Assembly (NCBI GenBank): GCA_000004695.1
Contig: CM000155.2
Location: 3,008,001 to 3,072,000, forward strand
DNA: 64,000 nt
Source of the DNA: Dictyostelium discoideum
Taxonomy: Eukaryota
Direction: 5' to 3'
The notes under the pieces are model-generated. The model was not told the origin of the DNA. It saw only the letters and a list, made by a program, of their open reading frames with translations, and did not search any database. Below are positions 21,753 through 34,365 of the stretch, piece by piece (the stretch's first letter is position 1; each line of letters begins with the position of its first letter). The translations under genes and the position numbers were made by a program.

Positions 21753-24700
21753 TTATTTTGACCAAATTACTGGATGTTTTTGATTTGTTTGATTCATGAA
21801 TTGAGTTTGAGAATCTTCATCAATTGGAGAAGAACGTTTTTTATAACGACCATCAGATAACATTTCCCAAGCGTTTGAATCATTACAATAAACATTTATA
21901 ATTTCATAGAGTTGTTTGATGTTATTAGCATCGTCAACAGGAACCATTACTTCGACACGACGTTTAAGATTACGATGTAACCAATCGGCTGATGCAATAT
22001 AAGCTTTTGGTTTGCCATTATTATGGAAACAATAGATTCTTGAATGTTCAAGGAAACGACCAAGAATTGAGATGACTTTAATATTTTCACTGATACCTTT
22101 AATTCCTGGAAGTATTCTACAACGACCTCTAACGACTAGAGTGATTTTCACACCTGCTATACTTGCTTGGTAGAGGGCATTGACCAATCTCTTATCATCC
22201 AAACCATTCATGACGGCATTGATAGTTGCGTCTTTACCTTCTCTGGCGTTCTTTGCCTCGTTATCGATCAATTGGATTAAAGTGGATCTCATATTCATTG
22301 GAGCGATTAAAAGTTTCTTAAAGGAGGATACACGGCTATAGCCAGTGAGGTAGTTGAAAAGGTTGCACATATCTTCACCTAGGTCAGGGTCACAACTGAA
22401 TAGACAAATATCGGCATAGACGTCAGAGGTGCTTGCATTGTAGTTACCAGTGGAGATATTTAAATACTCTCTTAGACCATTCTCCTCCTCACGTACGACC
22501 ATTGCGATTTTAGCATGAGTTTTCAAACCAACCAAACCATAACTTACATGACAACCAGCTTGTTCCAAAAGACGGGCGAATTTTGTATTTTGTTCTTCGT
22601 CACCAGATGCCTTCAAATCCACCAAGACCATAACCTCCTTATGAGAGGCAGCCTCGCAAAGTGCACGAATCAATTGAGAATTTGAGTTTGTTCTATAGAT
22701 TGCGATTTTGATTGCCAATACTTTTGGATCCTTAACTGCACTTTCAATAAAGAATTGAACAGAAGAATTGAAGCTTAGATAAGGTAAATTCACCAATAGC
22801 TCACCTTTTCTAATGACAGAAAAGACGTCCTCTGATGGATATTTTGCCAAGTTTACTAATCTACTTGGGATGTGGGGTACCCAAGGTTGGAATTTGAGAT
22901 GTGGTAAGTTTAATTTACAAAGTTCAAAGAGATCTTGTAAACCCAATGGACCATTGATGACGTAGACATCATAGGCATCCAATGCCAATTGTGTCTTTAA
23001 CATATCCAATATCTCTGCGGGCATATTATGACTGACCTCTAATCTAACCATTGGTGCAAACTTTCTCTTATGTAATTCGGTTTTAATTAATTCCAAAAGA
23101 TCATTTGCCTGATCCTCTCCACTAAGCTTCAAATCATTGTGACGTGATACACGGAACAATGACTTTGTCAAGATTTTAGTGTTTGGGAAGAGTGTATCCA
23201 AATTTGCCAATATTATCTCCTCCATTGGTATGATTGAATAGTTGGAACGTTGTTTAATATGTACAAAACGTGGGATTCTTTGAGGCACTTTAATACGTAC
23301 GAATCTGGTGGTATCTTCGTCATGTTTCAAAAGGACCGCTATGTTCAATGAGAGATTACTAAGATTAGGGAATGGATGACCTGCATCGACCACCAATGGT
23401 GTCATCAATGGGAAAACATGTTGTAAAAAGAAACCACGTAATTGAATTTTCTCTGGTTCTGTTAAATCGGAATACTTTATAATGAATACATTATTATTTG
23501 AAAGTTCTGGTGCTAATATATTCATATAGATATTATAAATCTCATTGATTAAATTTCTTGTTGTATTCAATACCATATTAATATAATGTTCCTCTGGTTT
23601 CAATGTTTTTCTAGTAGAAATATAACCTAATCTTAACTTTAATGCACGTTTACAAAAATACATATCCAAATTTTGTGATGTAATTGCAATGAATCTAACA
23701 CGTTCTAATATTGGATAAGTTGGATTATATGCTTCATAAAGTATACGATAAAAGTAAATTAATTCTGATAATTCCCTATTAAAAAACATTCTTGAACCAC
23801 TTAATTGTAAAACTTTAATATCAATTGGTATTTCTGATTCTGGTATACTTTGTTGTTGTTGTTGTTGCTGTTCTGCTAAACTACCATTACCATTTGGAAT
23901 TATTGATGATGATGATAATCCTGAAATTAAGGGTGAAGTTGAACCATCACCACCTGATGAAAATGGTTTACCAATCATTGTTGATGATTTAAAATCATTG
24001 TTATTATTATTATTTGTATTTTGAATTAAATTATTAAATAAATTATCAACATCTAAAATTGTATGTTTTACAGATGGTACAATGAAATTATTTTCACTAT
24101 CAACTATATCTTGACAATAGGATGGATCTGGTAAGACATTTGCTAATGGTGGTGCATCCCATGAATTTAATGATGTAAATTTAGATTTTGTTGAATCTGA
24201 ATTACAATTACCATTACTATTACTATTACTATTATTATTATTACTACTACTACTACTACTACTACCACTACTAATGTCATTTTTCAAAGGTTCGGAAATT
24301 GGTTGTGGATTTTGAACAGTTAGGACATTTGATGTACCTAATTCACTTAAACCTAACATTGATGATAATTTAATTGGTTGAACTGGTGATTTTGATGGAT
24401 TCACTGTTGATGATTTTACAAATTCAGTTGGTGAGAATAATGTACCAGATTCCATTAATTGACAATTTTGAACTGGATTTGCTGTGGTTTCTTTATTTTT
24501 AGATTTTGATTTTGATTTTGATGATTTTGATGATGATTTTGATGAACGTTTCTTTTTTTTATCATTTGGATTTGGAATTAATTTACCATTGCCACCATTT
24601 GATTCTGCTGCTGAATCTTCATCTTCTTCATCAAATGATGATGATTCTTCATCATAATCATCTTCGAAATCAACTGGACATTCTTGTGATATTTTATATC

Positions 24701-24914
24701 TATGTAATTCCATTGCTGCTGTTGATGATGATGATCCAGTATGTTCATCATCACTTTCTTCACCACTTGTTGAAGTAGTTGTTGTAGTAGTGGTAGTGGT
24801 GGAGGTGGTGGTGGTGGTTGATTCTTTATTATTACTATTAATTTTGAGTTTATTTAATTCTTCTTCATCAAATTCATCTAATATTTTATTTTCCATTTTT
24901 GAGTTAGTTATCAT
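21753..24914 (-). CDS. ppk1: polyphosphate kinase 1, bacterial-type PPK1 (1053 aa), with a ~370-aa low-complexity N-terminal extension
   Basis: The C-terminal ~680 aa are collinear with bacterial PPK1. Matching segments include RMFFNRELSELIYFYRILYEA, PLVVDAGHPFPNLSNLSLNIAVLL, LEVSHNMPAEILDMLKTQL, GLKTHAKIAMVVREEENGLREYLNISTGNYNASTSDVYADICLFSCDPDLGEDMCNLFNYLTGYS, LVVRGRCRILPGI and GRFLEHSRIYCF. These include the PLD-like phosphohistidine motifs. The gene is a single exon. Confidence 0.9.
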   Translation of the reverse strand: MITNSKMENKILDEFDEEELNKLKINSNNKESTTTTTSTTTTTTTTTSTSGEESDDEHTGSSSSTAAMELHRYKISQECPVDFEDDYDEESSSFDEEDEDSAAESNGGNGKLIPNPNDKKKKRSSKSSSKSSKSKSKSKNKETTANPVQNCQLMESGTLFSPTEFVKSSTVNPSKSPVQPIKLSSMLGLSELGTSNVLTVQNPQPISEPLKNDISSGSSSSSSSNNNNSNSNSNGNCNSDSTKSKFTSLNSWDAPPLANVLPDPSYCQDIVDSENNFIVPSVKHTILDVDNLFNNLIQNTNNNNNNDFKSSTMIGKPFSSGGDGSTSPLISGLSSSSIIPNGNGSLAEQQQQQQQSIPESEIPIDIKVLQLSGSRMFFNRELSELIYFYRILYEAYNPTYPILERVRFIAITSQNLDMYFCKRALKLRLGYISTRKTLKPEEHYINMVLNTTRNLINEIYNIYMNILAPELSNNNVFIIKYSDLTEPEKIQLRGFFLQHVFPLMTPLVVDAGHPFPNLSNLSLNIAVLLKHDEDTTRFVRIKVPQRIPRFVHIKQRSNYSIIPMEEIILANLDTLFPNTKILTKSLFRVSRHNDLKLSGEDQANDLLELIKTELHKRKFAPMVRLEVSHNMPAEILDMLKTQLALDAYDVYVINGPLGLQDLFELCKLNLPHLKFQPWVPHIPSRLVNLAKYPSEDVFSVIRKGELLVNLPYLSFNSSVQFFIESAVKDPKVLAIKIAIYRTNSNSQLIRALCEAASHKEVMVLVDLKASGDEEQNTKFARLLEQAGCHVSYGLVGLKTHAKIAMVVREEENGLREYLNISTGNYNASTSDVYADICLFSCDPDLGEDMCNLFNYLTGYSRVSSFKKLLIAPMNMRSTLIQLIDNEAKNAREGKDATINAVMNGLDDKRLVNALYQASIAGVKITLVVRGRCRILPGIKGISENIKVISILGRFLEHSRIYCFHNNGKPKAYIASADWLHRNLKRRVEVMVPVDDANNIKQLYEIINVYCNDSNAWEMLSDGRYKKRSSPIDEDSQTQFMNQTNQKHPVIWSK

Positions 24915-26209
24915 TTTTTGGATTTTTTTGGATTTTTTTTTTTTTTTTGGATTTTTTTTATTTATTTATTTGTGGTGTGTGTATTTTAAAAACTAGGAAG
25001 AGAGAAAAGAGAAAAGAGAAAAAAAAAAAAAAAAGGAAAAAAAGGAAAAAAAAAAAAAAATGAATGGTTTAAAAAGTTAACCAACAAAGCAAAAAAAAAA
25101 AAAAATTAAAAAAAAAAAATAAAAAAAAAAAAAACAAAAATAAATTATTTTGAATTTATTCTATATGTTCTAAAAATCCATTGTCTGGGGGGTTTGTCTG
25201 AAAGTTTCAATTTTTTTAATTGTCAATTTCGGAATTATATTAATAATCTTGGATATAGTCTGAAAATACAATGCAATTCGGTCTGAAACTCTAAAAAAAT
25301 TCCAAAATTGTTCAATGTCAACATACTGTCATTATTTTTTTTAAAAAATTTTTAAAAAAAAAAAAAAACAAAAAAAAAAAAAAAAAACAAAAATAGTTTT
25401 TGATCAAAATTTTTTTTTTGGTTTTTTTTTTTTTTTTTTTTTTTTATTATTATTTTTCATTTTTGATTGTTTGGTGAAAATCGTATTTATATATAAATAA
25501 ACCACTTTTTTTTTATTTTTATTCCAAATATATATAAAACTATTTAAATAAAGTAAAAAAAAAAAAAAAAAAAATAAACCATTCCAAAATTTTACAATTT
25601 AAAAGAAATAAAAAAAAAGAAGAAAAAAAAATACAACTTTTTAGTAATAAACCATACCTTTAATTTCAATAGAACTTGATTTTGTAGGTTTTATATCATT
25701 CATTTTTAGTTTTTTAATACTTTGGTTATTTAATTATTTTTAATTTTTTTTTTTTTTTTTTTTTTTTCTATTCCAAATATTTTTTTATATTTTATACTTT
25801 TATATTTTTTTTAAAATATTTTTAATTATTTATTTTTATTATTTTAAAGTTTGAATCTATTACAAGCAAGGATTAAGTATTTATTTCTTTTTTTCCCAAA
25901 CTAAATAATTAATGATAAAATAAATTAAAAAAAAAAAAAAAAAAAAAATTAAAAAATTATAAAAATAAAAAATTAAAAAAAAAAACAAATTAAAAAAAAA
26001 AAAAAAAAAAACAATAATAGTTACACAAAAAACAAATTAAAATAAAAAAAACCCTCAAAAAAGTGGGGGTATCTCATTTTTTGGAAGATAAAAAAAAAAC
26101 TTTTTTTTTAAATAAATTAAATTTATTAAATATAGAAACATGAGTGTGTGTAAAAAAAAAAAAAAGAAAACAAAAATAAAAAATAGAAAAATAAAAAAAA
26201 TAAAAAATT

Positions 26210-27003
26210 TTATTTTATGAATTTATATTTTGAATAATAAAAGAAAGTTAAAGTATATAGAAATTGAATTACTACAAAATGAATATGAGAAATTGAAAAA
26301 TGATGTTGAATTAATTCCAAAATACTATTCATAGTTAAAAAAACAATTAATAATATTTTAACTAAATCTGGTGATAATATTTCATGTTGTTGCTGCTGCT
26401 TTTGCTCTTGCTGTTGTTTTCCATTTTCATTATAATATTTATTGTATAAATAAAGTAACTTGAATACTACCAATTGTTGAATTGCAATGAAATTACTCTC
26501 AATTGAATCTAAATAATAGGAAAAATCAAAAGAAATACTAAGTGTACCCATAAGTAAAGGAATCAATTGTGACATTATTGCATGAGAAAATGACCAACCA
26601 ATTCCAATTCCTAAAATTCTATAATCTTTTGATCCTGAAAATTCTGCAAACTTTAATACCAATGACATTGAAAATAAATCTATAACATTACAAATTATTT
26701 TAATTATTTCCTTAAAAAAAAAAAAAACAAAAAAAAAAAAAAAAAAAAATTAAAATAAATCCATAATTAGTAATATTTTAATAATAATAATAATAATAGT
26801 AATAATAAATACATACAGGGTATATACCAATTGAAGTAGTATTAAATGATGGTAGAAAGGTTGCAATAATTAACATTTTTAAGAACTGAGTGAATATACA
26901 TCCAATGAATCCATATAATATTAATTGATTGGATTTTATTTCATTTCTAAATTTAAAAAAAAAAAAAAATAAAATAAAATAAAAATTATTAGTAGTTTTG
27001 TTT

Positions 27004-27034
<31 letters not shown>

Positions 27035-27128
27035 TTATTTTGAGGTATTACAGTTTTAATGATTTATAAATAATATAAAATGGAGAAAATGTTATCAAAA
27101 GACAACTCGAAAAATATAAAAATGTCAT
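26210..27128 (-). CDS. TMEM147 homologue, multipass ER membrane protein (3 exons: 27052-27128, 26817-26946, 26210-26710; ~235 aa)
   Basis: The spliced N-terminus is MTFLYFSSCLLITFSPFYIIYKSLKLNEIKSNQLILYGFIGCIFTQFLKMLIIATF.... It matches human TMEM147 [56 protein letters not shown].... Splice phases are 2/1 then 0/0, with GTAATA/GTATGT donors. Confidence 0.75.
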
Positions 27129-27274
27129 TACTGATATACTTTTAAATTTTGTTTACAATCTATTGAACAATATTCCCCACAGTGTTCCATTTGGTTTTTA
27201 TTTTTATTTTTATTTTTATTTTCATTTTCATTTTTTTTTGATAATAATAAAAAAAAAAAAAAAAAAAAAAAAAA

Positions 27275-27312
<38 letters not shown>

Positions 27313-27801
27313 AAAAAAAAAAAAATGGAAATAGGTCCTATTTTATTTTATAATTTTTAAGACAGAGCGATTGCGATCCGGTTCAAAAAAAAAATTAAAA
27401 ATTTTAAAAATTGTGGCCTTTTAAGGATTTTTTTTAATTTTTTATTTTTTGTTTTTTTTTCTTTCCAAACCTATAATAAATACAAAAAAAGCTTTTTTTT
27501 TTCCCACGCCATAACACAAAAAACAGTACCTTTTTTTAAACTATAAAATTTTCGCAAGGAAAAAAAAAAAAAAAATAAAAAAAAAAATAAAAAAAAATAA
27601 AAAAAAAAAAAAAATTTCATTTTTTATTTTTGTAAATTTTTAATTTGTGTACAAATATAAATATATATATTTTTAATATTATATATATAATATACATATA
27701 GTTCTATTTATTTGGGAGTCCCAAATAAAATAAGGAAAAAAAATAAAATAAAAATAAAAAATAGAATAAAAAGATCAATAAAAAAAATAAAATAAAATAA
27801 A

Positions 27802-29200
27802 ATGTCACCCAATGATGTTGAACAACAGCAGCTACCAACCCAAAATAACAACTATAATGATAATATAAATAGTCCATCATTAAATGATGATGATGAGGAT
27901 TCATTTTTTAGAGAAATTAAAGAAATTAGCAGAGGTAGACCAAAAACTAGAGATGAAATTCAAATAAGTGATAGAACAAGACTATCAAGATGGGATACAC
28001 CTTTAACAAATGATGGGGTTTCACCTTTTTCAAGTATTTTTAAAACCCTACCACCTGGTTTAACTGATGAACAAATTGCTGCTTTAATTTGTAAGTAAAA
28101 AAAAAAAAACCTATTACACACACACACAATTATAATAACTTTTTTTTTTTTTTTTTTTTTTTTTATGAATAATTTTGAAGTAAGATTAAGAGTTGATGAA
28201 ATTACAAAGAAAATTACAATTGGACCAATTGAATTTACAGAGAGAGATAGAGAGAGATCACCATCACCACCACCAACTTATGATAATAATGGTAAGAGAT
28301 CAAATACAAGGGAACAGAGAATTAAGGAAAAGCTACAAAAGGAGAGACATCAATTGGTTGTAACAGCACAACAAATCAATCCAACCTATAAACCACCATC
28401 AGATTATCAACCACCAAATGAGAAGAAAACTAGAAAGATCTACATCCCAATAAAGAATCATCCAGAATATAATTTCATTGGTTTAATCATCGGACCACGT
28501 GGTAACACACAAAAACGTATGGAGAAAGAGTCTGGTGCAAAAATTGCTATCAGGGGTAAAGGTTCATCACGTGATGGCAAACCAACCAAACTTCAATTTC
28601 AAGAGAATGATGAGTTACACGTTCTCCTAACTGCAGACACTGTTGATCAATTGGATAAGGCGGAAGTGTTGGTTAGAGAGTTTTTAATACCAGTTGAGGA
28701 GGGTAAGAATGAACATAAACGTCAACAACTTCGTGAATTGGCTGAAATGAATGGTACACTTAGAGAACGTCCTGCTTACATGGGTAATCGTAGTTGGACA
28801 CCTGTCGATATAAAATGTGTTCAATGTGGTGAAACTAGTCATCCTTCCTCTGATTGTCCATTACGTTCGAATGAATCAAATCAACAATATATCGAATCTG
28901 AATATCAAAAATTCATTGATGAAATGTCTAAATCTTTAGGTTTTGATATTAGTATTTCTCCAAATCAAAATGATAATTCTTTACAAAATATAAATTTAAA
29001 TAATAATAATAACAATAGTAATGGTAATAATAATGGAAATAATAATGGACGTAATTTTAATAATGATACTGTTGGTGATATGGATGAATCACCTCCACAT
29101 CATACTCAATCACACTTTCAACAAAATTCACCTCAATTTGATCAACAACAACACCAACAACAATGGAATAATAATAACAATAACAACAACAATAACAATC

Positions 29201-29267
<67 letters not shown>

Positions 29268-29343
29268 TAATAATAACAATAATAATAACTTTTCAAATTA
29301 TAATGTAAATATATTTTCAAACATTAGAAAAAGAAAACTATAA
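27802..29343 (+). CDS. sf1: splicing factor 1 / branchpoint-binding protein (2 exons: 27802-28090, 28181-29343)
   Basis: Exon 1 contains RLSRWD and ends [13 protein letters not shown] at a GTAAGT donor. Exon 2 carries the SF1 helix ([40 protein letters not shown]), the KH/QUA2 domain ([44 protein letters not shown]...ELHVLLTA...[16 protein letters not shown]) and a CCHC zinc knuckle ([14 protein letters not shown]). It ends in a poly-N tail. Confidence 0.85.
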
Positions 29344-29583
29344 ATGAATAATTACTAATACCCAATTTTGTTTTTATTTTTCTACAAAAAAAAAAAAAAA
29401 ACTATTAACTAAATAATTTTAGAATAATAATCAATCTTTTTACAATAATAATAACTCACCATATGGCCCTCCAAATGGTGGTTCTCCTTATGGTCCACCA
29501 AGAAATACGTACTAACAAAATAATTAACACCTAATAAATTAATATAAATACTAACCTTTTTAAAATAATGTTATCCAATTTTG

Positions 29584-29614
<31 letters not shown>

Positions 29615-30050
29615 GTTATTATTTCAGTTTTTTAATTTTTTTTCCTAAAAGTATGGAAAATTTTGGTTTTACTGTTTTTCTCAAGGAAAAAACTGAACCC
29701 TAATATTATTTATGACAAATAAAAAAAAAAAATAAATAAATAAATAAAATTAATCATCTTAAATCAATTTATTTCAGTTTAGAAACACTTGTATATTATT
29801 AGTAATAAATAATAATAAGTACAAAAAAAAAAAAAAAAAAAAAAAATTATTTGTTCTTTAATATATTATTTTTAAAAAATATTTTTTATTTATTCCTTTT
29901 TTTTTTTTTTTCTTTTCTTGTTTGATGGTTTATTTTAAAAACCTCACACATTATAATTTATTTATTGTTTTTTATTTATTTATTTATTATTTATTTATTT
30001 ATTTATTTATTTAGCTATTATTATTAGTTGTTTTAAAAATACAAGTTGAA

Positions 30051-30175
<125 letters not shown>

Positions 30176-30204
30176 TAATAAGTTGTTTAATTCCAATTTT
30201 AAAA

Positions 30205-30250
<46 letters not shown>

Positions 30251-30259
30251 ATAAACCAT

Positions 30260-30891
30260 TTAAATATCTTTTCTCGCATTAATTTTATCAATAATATTTT
30301 GTAATGGTAACATTTCTTTTTTATCAACTAAATTAAATTCTTTAATAAATAAATAAAAATGACGGAATGCTGTATTTAAATGAGCTTCAACACCCAAAAC
30401 TGATACTCTATCCATATGTGAATAATATATGTGTGCATAAACCCTAAATAAACGTTTAAAAATTGCTTTAATTGTTGGTAAAAAATTCTTTGGCATATCT
30501 TCTGTTGGTTTAGTTGGAAATATATCTTCATCATCTAATTGTACCTCTATATATATATATATATATAAATATAATAATTTTAATATTATTTATTAATAAA
30601 CAATGGAAAAAAATAAAATAAAATAAAAAAAGACACTAAGTGGAAAGGGGATGATGAATATTATTAAAAATACATACGAATCCATGTCATTAAATAATCA
30701 ACATATGCTGGTGCAGAAACTCTAATTGGTTTTTTAATTTCTTTACCATCTGCCCAAAGGAATTCATATTGTGGTCCTGCTGACATTGATGGGCAATATT
30801 TTGGTGTACAAAATTCAGTAATTGATCCATATAATAAATTTGATTGATTAAAAAAATCTATAGCTATTTTAATTTATATTTTAGTTTGTTA

Positions 30892-30922
<31 letters not shown>

Positions 30923-31219
30923 TAAAATAACCTCGTACTATTTACTGATAGCCATTCAAATAATGTTTCATCAGGTGGTAATTTAATTGCATCAGTTAAA
31001 TCACCTGATCCTAATGTCTCTTTTATTTTTTGGTGCAATTCATATTGTTTTGTTCCTTTTTTAATTGATTTTTTAGGTTTAAAAGTTTGTGCTTTTGATC
31101 CACTTATTTTTTAAAAAAAAAAATAAAAAAAAAAAAAAATAAAAAAATAAAAAAATTAGAGGTTGAATTTAATATATTAATATAAAATAAGAAGGAAATA
31201 CTTACAAAATTTTAAACAT
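30260..31219 (-). CDS. MOB1 kinase-activator family protein (4 exons: 31206-31219, 30939-31102, 30668-30863, 30260-30546; ~219 aa)
   Basis: The spliced protein reads MFKIF|GSKAQTFKPKKSIKKGTKQYELHQKIKETLGSGDLTDAIKLPPDETLFEWLSVN|TIDFFNQSNLLYGSITEFCTPKYCPSMSAGPQYEFLWADG...YVDYLMTWIQ|VQLDDEDIFPTKPTEDMPKNFLPTIKAIFKRLFRVYAHIYYSHMDRVSVLGVEAHLNTAFRHFYLFIKEFNLVDKKEMLPLQNIIDKI. It is collinear with human MOB1A throughout. The 14-nt first exon is typical of Dictyostelium. Confidence 0.85.
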
Positions 31220-31816
31220 TTTATTGTAATTTTATTTTACTTTTATTTTAAAAAATATATACACTGAGAAAATATTTTACAAATTATTATTTTTTATTTT
31301 TTATTTTTTATTTTTTTTTGTATAAGCTAAAATTGAATCAAAAATTAATATATAAATAAATTAATATATAAATAAAATAAATAAATAAATAAACAATATG
31401 TACAATGGGTATAAAGAAAAAAAAAAGAAAAAAAAAAATTTAAAAAAGTAAAATTAATATTTTCACACTTGATGCAAAAATATGTAAGGTTGGTTTTGTT
31501 TTTTTTTTTTAATAAAATTTTGATTGACAACAAAAAAATAAAAAAAAATTTTAAAAATAAAAAAAAAAAAAAAAATAAATAAAAAATAAAATAAAAAAAA
31601 AAATAAAAAAAAAAAAAAACAGGGTTTGAAACTGCGATGATTATTTCAAATAAAAACTTTTTTTATTTTTTGGAAAATTTAATTTACCAATATTGACCAT
31701 TTGATATTTTTATTTTTAAATTTTCCTTTTTTTTTTTTTTTATTTTATTTTATTTTATTTTATTTTTATATATTTATTTATTTATTTATTTGCTCGGAGA
31801 TTTATGATTTTTTTTT

Positions 31817-32525
31817 CTAACTCATAATTTGTCTAGCCTTTTCGTATAAGACAAAACAAGCGGCATTTGCAGGTACAGATCTGATGAAACATGGTGTGAA
31901 ACCTTTATAGAAACCTGCGATACCTTGTTGTTTATAAATTTTAGAGGCACAATCGATCATATTTTTATATTTACGTTGAGATTTGACGATGGCATCAGTT
32001 TGCATTGTACTTTTGACAACATCGGCTGGATAAGTGAGTGTCCAATAAGAGACACCACCAGCACCACCAGCAGCCATAATTTGGAGTGATGATAATTGGT
32101 TGACACTAATATTATCCTTTGAAGCTAAAAAATCTCTACATAATTCATAGGCACCGAAATAACAAGCGTTTGCAGGGATATCTCTAACCAAAGTTGCACC
32201 TAAACCTTGGAAAACACCACGAACACCACCAACCTTCCAAATTTGTTTTGCGCAATCTGCTGTTGATTTATATTGATTCTTATCACCTTGTTGAACTTGC
32301 ATTTGTGATTTAAATAAATCTACTGGTGCATCTACAAAACCAATTGCAATACCTGCTAATGCACCTGCTGCTGTTAATCCTTTCAAATCTAATGCTTCAT
32401 TTGGATTATCACTTAACTTTTGAATTAATGTTTTACTTTGACCATATGCTAAAAACATTACTGAATTCATAATACTTAATCCAACTAATGGTGATGCAAC
32501 ACCTTTATATAAACCTGCAAACTAA

Positions 32526-32562
<37 letters not shown>

Positions 32563-32674
32563 ATTCATTATTATTCATTTGTTAATTCCAATTTGTGTTT
32601 ATGTTTGGTGTGTGTGGTGTGTGGGTATTTTTAAGTTTTGTGGATATTTTTTGGAATCGTGGGGAAGTGGGGTT

Positions 32675-32725
<51 letters not shown>

Positions 32726-32946
32726 TTTTATTTATTTTTTTAACTTACACCTTCTTGAGAAATTGTTTTTTTTAAACAATCCATTGTGCCTGAATAAATT
32801 GGATTTCCAACTGATTGTGTTTGAAGACGGACTTTAATGGTATCCAATGGATGACCAGTAAAAACTTGACCAACACCACCAATTGAACCTGCAACAATAT
32901 CTTTTAATGCAATCATTAATTGTGAATCTTTATTATTTGATGCCAT
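31817..32946 (-). CDS. mitochondrial carrier family protein, carnitine/acylcarnitine-carrier-like (2 exons: 32749-32946, 31817-32521; 300 aa)
   Basis: It has three Mitochondrial Carrier Family (MCF) repeats. The first signature [25 protein letters not shown] is very close to human SLC25A20 ([25 protein letters not shown]). The donor is GTAAGT and the acceptor is TTATTTAG. The intron contains a (TA)n run. Confidence 0.85.
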
Positions 32947-33617
32947 TTTTTAATTTTATTTATTTATAAATACAAAGAATGTATTAATTGTAATAATGAC
33001 AAATGATTAATGAAATTCAACAAAAAATAAAAAAAAAAAAAAAAAATTAAAAAAAACTATTACAATTCCCAAAAAAAAAAAAAAAAAAAAAAAATTTAAA
33101 AAAAAAAAAAAATTGACGAATTTTAAAAATATTTCCAAGAGGGTTATTTTTAAAAATCTTGAGAATTTAAATAAATAATAATAATGAAATTTTATTATTA
33201 TTACATAATTTCAATTTCACTTAAAAATCTTTAAATGTGGAAATCCAAAAATAAAAATTCCAATTAAGTAAAAATAAAAAAAACTAATGCCCAAAAGGGA
33301 AAATAAAAATAAAATAAATCTTTAAAAAAAATAATTGAGAATAATTATAAATAATCAAAGAAAATAAAAAAAAAGTTATTTTTTTTTTACTGTCTTCAAT
33401 TTTTTTTATTTTATTTTTTCTTTATTTTTACTGTCTTCGATTATTTTATTTATTCAGTTTATAAAAATAAATTAAAATAAAAAAAAAGATTTAAACAAAA
33501 AAAAATAAAAATTAAAAAAAATTAAAAAAAAACGAACTTCTTTAGGGCAAGTTGATTATCACATAATAATTTTAATAGGGCGAGTAACAACTAAAAAAAA
33601 ACGAAAAAAAAAAAAAA

Positions 33618-33649
<32 letters not shown>

Positions 33650-33665
33650 TTTTTAAAAAAAATTG

Positions 33666-33701
<36 letters not shown>

Positions 33702-33876
33702 TTGTTACGCGAGCTGTGGATATATTGATATTTATTATTATATATATAAATTATTATTTATCTTTTAATTAATAATTATATATTTAATTTTATCTTTAAA
33801 AAAAAAAAAAAAACAAAAAAAATAAAAAAAATTTAAAAAACAAAAAAAAAAAAAAAAAAAAAAACCCTCAAATACA

Positions 33877-33960
33877 ATGGCAACAAACTTCACTCCAATT
33901 TCATCTTCACTCTATGTTGGTGATTTATTACCGTAAGTTTTATATGTATACATACAAATA

Positions 33961-33998
<38 letters not shown>

Positions 33999-34300
33999 GG
34001 GGTGGGTGTTCAATTTCAAAATGGAAAAATCCTTTTGTTTTTCCTTTTTTAAAGCAGTTTAGGTAATCGCAGTTTTGTAAAAAAAAAAATATATTATATA
34101 TATAATATATTTATTTATTTATAAATGATAATAATAAAAAAAAAAAAAAAATTATAATATTTTTAAAATAAATAATAAATAAATAAATGGATCTATCAAT
34201 ATATAGTAATATGAAATACTCAATAATAATAATAAAAAAAAATATTTAATAATAGTAATAAAAAACACAAATTCGGTTTTTTTTTTTTTTTTTCTCAGTT

Positions 34301-34365
<65 letters not shown>

